Assembly (NCBI GenBank): GCA_031420655.1
Contig: JANONC010000363.1
Span: 1-52,936 of the forward strand
Source of the DNA: Rhodospirillales bacterium
GTDB lineage: Bacteria > Pseudomonadota > Alphaproteobacteria > Acetobacterales > Acetobacteraceae
Direction of reading: 5' to 3'
DNA: 52,936 nucleotides
In this document: piece by piece, positions 25,701 through 37,700 of the stretch
Numbering within the stretch: the stretch's first letter is position 1
How the letters are laid out: the number at the start of each line of letters is the position of its first letter
Notes under the pieces: generated by a model
The model's input: the letters and a program-made list of their open reading frames with translations, nothing else
What the model was told of the DNA's origin: nothing
Database searches by the model: none
Position numbers and translations under genes: made by a program

Positions 25701-28700
25701 AGCTGACGCCGTCGTTCACGACCGTGCCGGGCCAGGCCGTAACGGTACACCCGGTCGCCGCGGGCCTCGCGTCCATTGCCAGCGTCGTGCTGTACCGGGA
25801 CGGGGTGATCGTGCCGCTCGATGCAAACGGCATGGCAGTCATTACCCCCACCGTGCCCGGGCGCATCAATTTGCTAGCCGTGGCAACGGATGTGGACGGC
25901 ACCACCGGGCAGGCTACGGCGGTGCTGAAGACGCGCGACCCGGCGGATACCGGCGCTCCCGTCGTGGCATTCCTGCCGGATACGCAGGGCGCGTTCCTGA
26001 CCACGGCTGCTCCAATCGACGCGACGATTGCGGACAGCAACCTCGATAGCTGGACACTGGAGATCGCATACGGCGTTGGCACGACAACCGGGCCGTATCG
26101 CACGATCGCTAGCGGCACAGCACCGGTCAGTGGCGCGCTCACGACGCTCGATCCCGCCAGCCTGCTAGCCGGGTTCTATACGCTGCGGCTGACGGCAGTG
26201 AACATGACCGGCACCGTGGCCATGGCACTCACGGCGATCGAGGCCGATGCACAGTCGCTCGCCGGCACCTATGCCCGGCAGGTCACGGACCTGGTCACGA
26301 CGCTGGACGGCATTCCGTTCAATCTGGAGCGCGCCTATAGCAGCGTGGACAGCACGGGCGGGCTGTACGGCCCCGGCTGGCGCTGGACACCGCGCGACGT
26401 GGACATGCAGGTGAACGTACCCACGACGGGGCTGGAAGCATCGGGCGTGTATGCGCCGTTTGGCCAGGATACGCGCCTGTACCTCACCCGGCCGGATGGC
26501 GTGCGCACCGGCTTCACCTTCACGCCCACCACAGAGACGCTCGGGCCCGTCGTGCTGTTCCACCCGGCCTGGCAAGCGGATGACGCGGCGGGCGGCTGGA
26601 CGTTGAAGCCGGCCACAGACACGACTCTCATTCAGGCGGGCGGGCATTTCTACGACGAAGTGACCGGTCTGCCGTACAACCCCGGTGCCGCGGGCGGCAC
26701 GCAATATGTGCTAACCGGCCCGGACCAGACCGCCTACCGGATCGACCCGGCGCGTGGCGTGACCGAGATGGACACCCCAGCCGGACGCTTGCTGCTGAGC
26801 AGCACCGGTGTGACCGCGCCAGATGGCACGACGTTGCGCCTCGTGCTGGGCGCAAACGGTCAAGTGGCGCGCGCCACAAGTCCGGACGGCATGACCGTCA
26901 TCTATGATTACGACACGGCCGGGCGGATGATCGCCGCCCGCAACACCGCCACGGGTGCCGGAGAGCGCTATGCGTATGACGGTGCGGGCCGGCTGGTCGC
27001 CGCCGTGTCGCAAACGGGCGGGGGGTCGTCCGTCAGCTATGGCACCACCGCCACCGTCATCCCGATTGTCGCCGATCTGGGTGAGGCGGGGAGCTTTACC
27101 GGGCAAACAACGGCTGGCGTGCTGGGCGGCACTGGTCCTGACATCTACACATTCAGCGTCCGCCGGTCGGAAATCGCCTCCGCCCCGGCCGGCACCGTTC
27201 TTCTGCGCGTGGCGGTGACGTCGGCAGGCGGGACAGCGTCCCCCATCATCGCGGGCCTGGTTGCCAGCGGGGTCGTGACCGACGGTACGACGACGGTTGC
27301 GCTATTCGCCATCAGCTCGGCCGACCTGTTCCGCCTGTCGGTTGGCGGGGCGGCGGGGGCGTACACACTGGCGCTGTCGTTCGCGGGCGACGTGAACCAG
27401 GACGGCGTGGTGGATGGCACGGATGGCGCGCTGGCGCTGGCCGGTGCGGCCCTGGCGGATGTGAACGGCGATGGCCGGATGACGCCCGCCGACGTGCAAT
27501 TGATCGGAGCAAATTACGGCGTGACGGCCAACCGGCCCCCGGCTGCGGCCGCGGCACCGCCCACCGTCATGACGCATGTGGGCCTGCGCGTACTGATCGA
27601 CCTGACGCAATTCGCCATCGATCCGAATGGCGACCGTGAGACTTTTCGCATCACCGGCGTGCAGGGCGGCACGGCCGCAATACAGGCGGACGGCACGGAT
27701 TTGCTGTTTATGCCCACCGACGGCTACACCGGTCCGGGCAGCATAACCGTCGTGGCCGATGACGGGTTCGGCCAATCCGCCCCGATCAGCGCCGCAATCG
27801 GCATCAGCGCGGCGGCCTTGATGCGCTTCGACTTCGACCGGTCGCGTATCCTGTTCAGCGATGTTGGGGCCAGCGGCGTGCTGGCGGCCTATGCCGATTT
27901 CACGGACCAGACCCACGTGCTGGTACCGCTGGATTATGTGCACGCCCGGGTGGATGACCCCACCATAGCCACCCTGCGTCCGGACGGGCTGCTATTGGCC
28001 ACCGGCACCGGAGCCACGATCATCCGGGCTGACCGCGGCACGCTCGCCGCCGCCAGCGTCGTAGGCGTCGGCACGCCCACGGACGGTACCCAGGCCGTGG
28101 CCAGCCAGTACAACATCAACCCTTACCCCGGCAGCGTTACGCTTGAGCCCGGAGACGGCACGCGGGACATTATCACCCGGCTGGGAACGCTGAACGATAC
28201 GTTCGTGACGCCGGCGGACGGGGTGCAGTACGTGTCGATGAACAGCGCCGTCGCGACCGTCGACGCGCAAGGCTTCATCCACGCCATCGCCGACGGCAGC
28301 ACCGACATCAAAGTGTTGTGGACCTATGGCGAGGGGATCGTCCACGTGCAGGTGCGCGAAGCCGTGGTGGCCGCGACGGCCACGATTGGCACCGCGGGCG
28401 GCATTGCCGAAAATACGGATGGCGTTCGCGTGGGGTTCGGCGCCGGGCAGCTTGCGGCTAATGCGGCTGTGACCATTACGACCATCACGCAAGACCAGCT
28501 GCCGCTACCCGTGGTGGGCGGCACCACGGGTGCGTTCAGCTTTGCCGGTGCCTTCAACCTCCAGGTGGACGGCAGCGGTGCATCCGGGCCGATTCAGATG
28601 GCGGTGCCCACCAACGGCCTCGCCAATCCTGGCGACCAGGTGTTCTTTTTCCAACTCGTCTCGCTGCCGACCGGCCCCAACGGTGCGTTGCAGCAATGGT

Positions 28701-31700
28701 GGGCCGTAGTCGACAGCGGCGTTGTGGACGCGGCCGGTATAGCCCGCTCCGCCTCCCCACCCTATAACGGTTTCCTGTTGCCCGGCCTCACGAACCGCGC
28801 GTCGGTGCTGGTGGCCAAGACGGCGCGGCCGACCAACTCGATCTCGGTCGACCTGTCGTTTGAAGCGGCGATTGCGTTCATGACCCTGCCTCTGCTGGGC
28901 ATCGCCGCCATCTCGCCCATCAGCCTGGCCGTGGTCGCCCTGGGCGCCACGCAGATGGTGATCCCGATCATCAACGAAGTCGTGAAGCTCACCATCTGGC
29001 AATATTACGCCAGCAACAAGGACGGAACCGGCGCGCAAATCGCCGAGCTGGACCTGCCGGTGACGTTCGACCCGAAAGTGTCGGAGCAGCGCCTGGTCAC
29101 GGGGCTTCCGACCTTGGCGCCGATCCAGAAAGCCAAGCCGCAGATCAGCTTGCTCACGGCCACGCCGCAGAATGACGGCTCATTGATCCTAACGCTGACG
29201 GCCGTTGGGATTTCGCAAGAGGACAGCCTGCAGACCGACATCGTCTACAAATTCGGCAGTGCGGAGGTGGTGGCGGACCTCAGCACCGCGACTGTGACTT
29301 GGGCCAATGGCGTTACGACCTTTGCCAACGTCACGCCGCCAAAAGGCGTGCTGCTGGGCTTGGCGCAAATCGTGGTGCGGGTGCAGGTGGGTGACGTCGC
29401 GTTTGCCAATCCAAGCACGAGCCCGCCGGCGACGATCGCCAACAAGGCCGGGTATTTGTTCACCGGTGACGTGCGGGGGCAGAATGGCAGTGTCGTCACG
29501 GGCCCGGCGCTCGACGTGTTCGGCCGGCCCAGTGGGTCAGCGATCGAGCAGTTGATCAAGACCATCAGCCTCAATGGCCACCACCCGAAGGCGGTGCTCG
29601 TCACGCAGGACCTGTCGCGGGTGTTTGTTGCGACCGATAATGGCATCGACGTGATCGACGGGCTGACACTCAAGTATTACGGCCATATCGACGTGGGCGG
29701 CGATGGCAACGTGACAGCGCTGGCGGTCGATACCACGGACACGACCCTGTACGCGGCGCTGACGGGCAAAGTACTGGCCATCGACATCAAGCCCGGCGAT
29801 TACAAGTTCGATTACACGGACGCCATCGCCACCGGAAAAGATGCGCTGCCATACAAGAACCGCAGCACTATCGCGCTGGATAAAAACTTACTGCCGGCCG
29901 GCAATACGGGGCTGATCACGACCATTGCACTCAATTCCAACTCCACGCGCCTGTTCGTGGGTGTGCCGGGCAGCCGGCTATTGGGTGGCGGTAACACGGG
30001 TGCGGCCGTCATCAACGGCGGTCACGTTCAGAGCAAGATTTTCGTCGTGAATGTCGATCCGGCCGATCAGCCGGACGACCCCAAACTCAATCCGCAAAAG
30101 TACAACAAGGTCATCGGTCTGCCGATCGACGCCGGGCTGGATGTGAACACGATAGCGGCCGGGGAGCTACCGGAGCATATGATCTTCACGTCGCGCGGAG
30201 ACCTTAACCAAAAAGCCTATTCGGCGCAGGCGGTGACTACGGCAAGCGGCCTTCACACGATCCTCATCACTAAAGACGATCCGAATGATTTCCAGGTTAC
30301 GCTCAACTACAACGCCAATTCGAGCAAAGCCGGCGCGCCGATCAGCCTAGTGCTGAACCGCAATCCGATCATCACGAAGTATATTGGGCTGCGGCTGTCG
30401 GATGGGTCGCAGTTCGGTGACGTGCCCTTGCGTGGGGCGCCCCTCTACGGCGGCGCGCCACAGGCGGTCGACCTGGACATCCGTAACGCAACCGGCGTAG
30501 CGGTCCTGGCAGACGCGACCTATGCGTTCGTGGCCGATTACGACCTGCCTCGGGTCTATTACGAGAATTCGCAGCTCGCGAGCGACGACGAGAACCTGCA
30601 CCAGACCGGGGCCAAGATCGGCATCATCAAAGACCCGTTCACCAACCCGGTGCTGCTGGCGGCCACAACGCCGATCCCGCTCGGCTTTGCCGACAACCTG
30701 GTGTTGAGCGGCGACGGTACGAAGCTCTACGCCCTCTACCACGGCACGCAGTCGATCCTGGTGTTCGACGTCCAGACCATGATCGCCGAGGCGACCAAGG
30801 GTAAGGCCGCCTACGAGCTGGACTTCAACTTCACCGCCCTCGATAACCCGGCCAACCCGGTGATCGATGGCGGCACGATCAACCTGCCCGGGATCGACGT
30901 GCCGAAGCTGGTCGCGGGCTTGGCGGCGCAGGCTGTGGGTGCCATCACGCTGCTCTCGCCCTCTAGCCCCGTCGATGTCAGCTCCGGCACGCCGCAGCCG
31001 CTCGAGTTCCTGTTTAAAGTCGACATCGACGGGCTCGGGCTCAAGGCAGAAGGACACCCGAGCTTTCTTGACCCGAACGGGTTCGTCGTCGATCAAAGCC
31101 CGTACCACGCCGACGTGTTCATCAGTACGCAAGCGGCGGGTAGCGGCCTGTTCAGGAACGACTCACCAACACCGCGGACGGTGAATATCGCGGGCTATGG
31201 CAGCGGCATTGCGCCCGGCGAGTTTGAGCCCGGCATCGCCGGGGACATAAACCGGGATGTCGACCCGAACCGGATCTACACGTCCACCAAGCTCTACAGC
31301 CAGGGCTTCCTGGCCGGGCACAAATACCTGGTCGGCCTGGACCGCATGGTGGCGGACCTCGGCTTCTCGCAGACGTTGTGGGATTTGCACGAGACAAAGT
31401 TGACGTTCACCGCCGACTTCGCTTCCGTCCTGACAGCCGGGCAGACGCTGTATTGGGGCGTGCAGCTTCAGGAGAAGGACGTCCGCGCATCGTCCGCCTT
31501 CAAGACAGCGCCGGTCGCGTCGACGACGCCGTTTGGCACCGTGACGGTGCTGAACTCCGGCTTGCAACTGCCGACCGACCTGATTTCCAACGACACGACC
31601 AGCATCGACCAGTCGATCGACTTTGCCAGTCTGGCCGTGCTGGACCAGTTGGCGCAGTTGATCGTGACGGCCGATGGCGGCGGGACGGTGCTGTATTACA

Positions 31701-34700
31701 ACAAGCAGACTGGCCAGTGGGAGCAGAACCTGGCCGGGCACCTGACCGTGCTGAGCGGGGCCAGCCTGCCGGCGGGCGCCGTGGTGCTGGTGGGCGACTG
31801 GTCGGCTGAGGCGCAGGTGACCGACACCGGCTTTAGCGAGGCCGCGGCCGACGCCATGTTTGCCGCCATTGCGGCGCTGAGTAACCAGACGGGCGGCAAG
31901 CTGATGCTGTCGCCGTTCCACTTCATCGGCATGAACCGGGGTGCCTCCGTCAACTCCGAGATCGTGCAGCGGCTCGGCGTGCAATTCCCGGACAAGAAGA
32001 ACATCACGCTCACCTCGCTCGACCCGATCGAGGCGAACCAGAGCAGCCTCAATGTGCCGTTGAAGGGCCTGATCGATACGGCCGTCAATGCGCTCAATGA
32101 CATCAAGCTTTTGGCGCAGGCGCTGGGCTTGCTGTCCAACCCCTTGGCGCTGAAAGCCGTCAACTACGTCCTCAACACGGTAAAGACGGCGCTGGAGCGG
32201 ATCACTACGGCGGCGGCGGCGGCTGGCATTCAGATCGACCCGATCCAATACGCGGATCTCAAAGACCCGCCCGTGCAGAACTGGAACAACCTGGCCTTTG
32301 CCGACACGTATTATTCGCACTCGACGCAAGACAGCTCGACCACCAACAAGCTCGCGCTCGCCATCAACGTGGTCAGTAATTTTGGCGATACCCTGGCCGA
32401 CCCACGCAAGGCGTTGGAGGATGCGGCGGCCTTCCTCAAGGACAAGCTCGGTTCGCTCAAGACGAATGCTTCGGCCGCACTAAAGCTTGTGGTCGCGGCG
32501 GCAAAGAAAGACGGGCAGGTCGCGTTCGACAAGTTCGTCACGAACTTCAAGCAGACGGCGTCGGACAACCTCAGCCAGCTCAAGACAAAAGCGTCAGCCG
32601 ACACGTCGGCTGCTTTGAAGGCGCTTATCGACCGGCAATCCGGTCCGACAAAGGCGGCCGCGCAACAGGCGCTAAACGACATCATCGCCAATACCGAAGG
32701 TAAGGTCGCGACATTGCAGTCCGACGTGCAGCAATTGCTGACTGACACCGCCCAGCAATTCCATGACACGACAATCGCCTCGGTCAACGCGCTATTGGAC
32801 AGCGTGACGCTCGACAACGTGCTGTCGCTTATCGAGCGGCTGCCCACTGTCGACCCGAGCGTGGATGGCATTGTGGCCGCGCTCAACGACAGCAATGTCG
32901 GGGACGCGATCAACAAGCTGCCGTCGCTCGACAGCCTGTTCAGCACCTTCACGGCGGTGTTCGACCAACTGGTGACCATGACGACGGATACGGTCGCCAC
33001 CGTGACCGACAGCAACCTTGCCATCATCGACGGCGCGGCAGCGCAGCTCGGTGCGCAGTTGCAGCAGCAGATGAAAACGGCGGCGAGCGGCTTGCTCACC
33101 ACGCTGACCAGCGATTTTAAGGCGCAACTCAACACATTCTTCACGGTCGAAACGAAGCAGACGCAAGCCGCCATCAAGAACTTCGTTGATTTGCTGAAGA
33201 CCGACGCGGTCAAGCAGCTCAAGGCTGAGGCGGAGAAGCAGTTCAAAACTATCCAGAAGATCATCGAGAAGACCATCAAGGTCCCGACCTTCACCTTCAC
33301 GATCAACGGCCAGCAAAACCGCGCCGATAACATCAACCTCGACCTCTCGGACGCGTCCGGCTTTGGCCAGGACGATGGCGGGAGCCTGGCGACGCTGTCG
33401 ACAGGCAGCGATTTCGGGCTGGGCGGGCCGAACCAGCGGCTGGTGGCATGGTACGCTGGCACGGTCGGCACCGACCAATCCAGCTTCAACGGGCAGCCGA
33501 TCGACCGGCAGCTGGGCGACACGGGCCTGCGGGAGACGGTGTTCAGCACGCCGCTCCTGCTCAGCTCGCAAAGCTACAACAGCACGGGCTGGTATTTCGT
33601 CGATCCGGCCAAGGTCGTCGACAAGACCAAGAGCTCGGCCGCTGCTAATGCCAACCCCGGGGCGCTCAACGGTCCGGCCATAATCAAGGAAGGGGTCGGC
33701 GCCGGCTTCTACTTCGGCCCGGATGGCGGTGGCGCCCGTTATGCGCCCACCAGCAAGTCTGTGGTGCAGGTCGATCCCAAGGCCACCGACAACACGGTCG
33801 CCAAGCTGGCCGGCACCACCATCCCGCCGGTCGAGACGGTGTTCAACGGCAACTTCCAGCAGGGCATCAAGCAGTCGATCTTCCAGCATCTGCTGGACCC
33901 CACGGCCGAGTGGGGCCGCTTCCCGCTCAGCTACCAACTGCCGGGCTGGTCATTCCAGGGCGGCGGCGGCTTCCAGTTCAAGACCGGCGCACTGACCTAC
34001 CTCGGCCTGCCGCCCCAGGTGGACGTGACGGGGCTGTTCGTCGTCCCGGCCAAGGGGGCGGAGGCGGCGCTGACCTCGCTCATCAACAGCTATGCCGGCA
34101 AGGGCGTCGACCAGGCGGTCAAGTACCTGCAGACGTTGTTCCAGAAGAACATTGGCACGTTCAAGCTGCCGACTGCGCCAGACCCGGCCAAGATACCCGA
34201 CTCCAAGCAGTTCAAGATCGCCAGCGACGCGTTCAACAACCTGCAGGCGCAAACCACCCAGGCCGGCACGTTCTTTGCCACGCTCGTCCAAAAAAGCCTC
34301 GCCGCCTTCGGGCAGCCAACCGGCCCGGTCGACGCCGACGTGCAGGCGGTTCTCCAGCCGATCATCGCCACCCTGCAAGCCGGCTCCAACGGATTGCTGA
34401 CCGTCGCCAATGCGCTGGCGGATGCAAAGAAATTCGTGAGTGACCTCGCCATAGACATCAACACGACCAACGCGCTGATCAAATCGGTCTTCAACCCGGA
34501 AAAGGGCACGTTCAACCCGGCTGCGGTCACGAAATTCAAAGCCTTCCTGAACAAGGCGATCGCGACGTTCATCGAAAAGAACGGGCCGAGCGCGCCCTAT
34601 GGCCTGTTATTCGGCGGCTCGTCCGCCCTGACCTCGGTGCTCAACACCGCCTTCGCGCTATCGCCGGCCAGCCTGGCGGCCCGGACGGCCGGGTTCGACA

Positions 34701-37700
34701 GCGGCGCGTTCTTAAAAGACGTCGTCGACAGCACGTTCAAGTTCGACTCCCTCACGCATGACCGGGTGTATGTGCCAACCGGCAGCGAAAACCTGAACTT
34801 CAACGTCTACATGCCGCTGGCGCTCACGCCCAACCTCAAGATCGTCGTCACGGCCGCGATCGACGATGACGGTACCGTCACGTCAAAGGCGCTCCAGGAC
34901 CTCGCCCGCGACACCAACGCGCCAGACGCGTTGGCCGGCACGGTCATCAAGCAGACATTCGATATTCCTGGATCGTTCTTCCAAGAGTTCAACAAATCCG
35001 TTCACCTGGCCGGGTTCGGTGGGCACCAGGTGCTGTTCACGATCACAGCGTTGAACGCCAATGGCTCAATCGCCGCGCCGAATGCCGTCCTCAACGTGCC
35101 CAACCCGGCCACGATCCTGGGCGAAGGCTTCAGCTCGCTCTTCCTGTTGCAGGACGTGAGCTTTGCCGCCCAGCCCGATGCCAACGAATATGCCACCGCG
35201 ACGACCAAGCAACTCGGCGTCGTGACCGCGACGGGCACGCCCACGGCGGATCTCACGCTCGACGCCGTCACGCGCGTGGCGGCTGAGGCACGCGACAACT
35301 GGGTCACGAGCGGCCTCGTGCCGGACGCGGCGGCCAGGCTCGCCTCCGTGCAGGTCGATGTGGGGCTGCTGACCAACGGACAGATCGGCGGTTACAGCAA
35401 CGGCACTATCACCATCGATGCGTCGGGCTCCGGCGTGGGCTGGTACACCGGTGACGGCAGCGCCTACGCGGCCGGGCCCAACAACACGTTCCTGGCCATC
35501 ACCGGCGGCCCGGCCGCGCAGCACTTCGACCTGCTGACGGTGCTGGAGCACGAATACGGCCACGCCCTCGGCCTCGATGACTTGCCGGACGGCGCGGTGC
35601 CAGGTTCGTTGCTGGCTGTCTCGTTGCACGAGGGCGTGCGGATCCTGCCGACGGCCCGCGACCTGCAGACGGCACCCGCGGCCCCGGTGGCACCCGTCGT
35701 GACCCGTGCTAGCCTGGGCCTTAGCAACCATAACGCAGTCATCACGTCCGGTGTGGCGCTGGACACCCCGGCGCCAATCTATGGCCCGCTCGGCAATGGC
35801 GGCTTCACTATCACGGACCCGGCCGCCGCCGGCTATGCCTGGAACACCACCGGCACCGTTGGCTTCACGGCGGGTCACGCGACACTCACTGAGAACCGGA
35901 CGGTGCTGTCCACCCTCGGCCAGACTTTCCTGCTGGGTGGCACGCAGACGACATTGTCGTTTACCATACAGGGACAGCTGTTCCAGGATGCAGGCCGCCC
36001 GTCCGACTCGTTCGAGGTATCGCTGGACGGCCCGGGTGGCACGCCGGTCATGGGTGCGGCGGGCCTGACCCGTACCGACGATCTGCTGGACATCCAGGCA
36101 GACGGGACTGTGTTTTTGGCGCAGGGCGTGACCGTCAGCGGCCTGCGGGCCGATGGCAAGATCGACCTGTCGGCCGGGCCGCACACGGTGACGATCGAGA
36201 CCAGCACGCTGTCTCGCAATGCGTCGCTTACGCTCGACATCGCGCTCGTGACCTTTGGCACCCACCCGGCTGCGGTGACGGTCGCCAACGTCGGCGGCAC
36301 CAGCATTAGCGGGCCCATTGCGGCCAACGTGACGGCACAGGCCGTGTCCGGCACCCCTGTCAAGATCGACGTGCTGTCGGCCGATGGCGGCACGGGTCTG
36401 TCGCTTACCGCCGTGGGCGCGCCGTCGCACGGCACGGCGTCCATCCAGGACGGGCAGGTGCTGTACACAGCCGCGGCCGGCTACACCGGCGCAGACCAGT
36501 TCGTCTATCGCATCACCGACACTGCGGGGCTTACGGCAACCGGCACTGTGGCTCTCACGGTACGGCAATTGGTCGTACCGCCATCGACGGTGCCGGAAAC
36601 GGCAACGGTGGCGGAAAACGGCTCGGTTCTGATCGACGTGCTGGCGCAAGATAGCGGGACGGGGTTGGTAATCACCGCGCTGTCACCCGCGTTGCATGGT
36701 GCCGTGGCGCTGGCGGATGGCAAGGTCTTGTACACTCCGGCCACGGGCTATTCGGGCGCGGACGCGTTCACCTACACCATCACCGGCGCTGAGGGTGCCA
36801 CGGCGCAGGGCACTGTCACACTCAGCGTTGTGGCCAGCGCGCCGGCGCCGGTCGCCCGGCCCGCGACCGCTACGGTGGCCTCCGGTGCCACGATCGTGCT
36901 GGACGTTTTGGCAGCCGATACCGGCGTGGGTATCGCGCTGACCGCCGTCAGCACCCCCGCGCACGGTACGGCCAGCATCGTCGCGGGCAAGATCAGCTAC
37001 ACCGCCGACACCGCCTATGCGGGAACGGACCAGTTCACCTACACGATTACAGATCAGCTCGGTCAGACAGCCAGCGCCAGCGTCGGCCTGACCTTAATTG
37101 CGGGCGCGGTAATGCCGGTCGCCAAGCCGGCGAGCGGCACGGTTGCTGCGGGCGGCACCATTGTCATCGACGTGCTGGCATTAGATACCGGCACCGGCAT
37201 CACACTCACTGACGTCGGCACGCCGTCGCACGGCACAGCTAGCATCGTGGGTGGTAAGATCAGTTACACCGCCGGGGCAAGCTTCGCCGGGGCGGACCTG
37301 TTCGGCTACACGATCACCGATACGCTTGGCCAGACGGCGACCTCGGTCGTGGGCCTGTCGGTCGTGGCGGGTCCTGTACTGCCGGTTGCCAACCCTGCGA
37401 GTGGCACGGTCGCGTCTGGCGCTACGGTGGTAATCGACGTGCTGGCGCTTGATACAGGTACTGGCATCACACTTACTGACGTCGGCACGCCGTCGCACGG
37501 CACAGCCAGCATCTTGGGTGGTAAGGTCAGCTACACCGCCGGGGCAAGCTTCGCCGGGGCGGACCAGTTCGGCTACACGATCACCGATACGCTTGGCCAA
37601 ACGGCGACCTCGGTCGTGGGCCTGTCGGTCGTGGCGGGTCCTGTCCTGCCGGTTGCCAAGCCGGCGAGCGGCACGGTCGCGTCTGGCGCTACGGTGGTAA

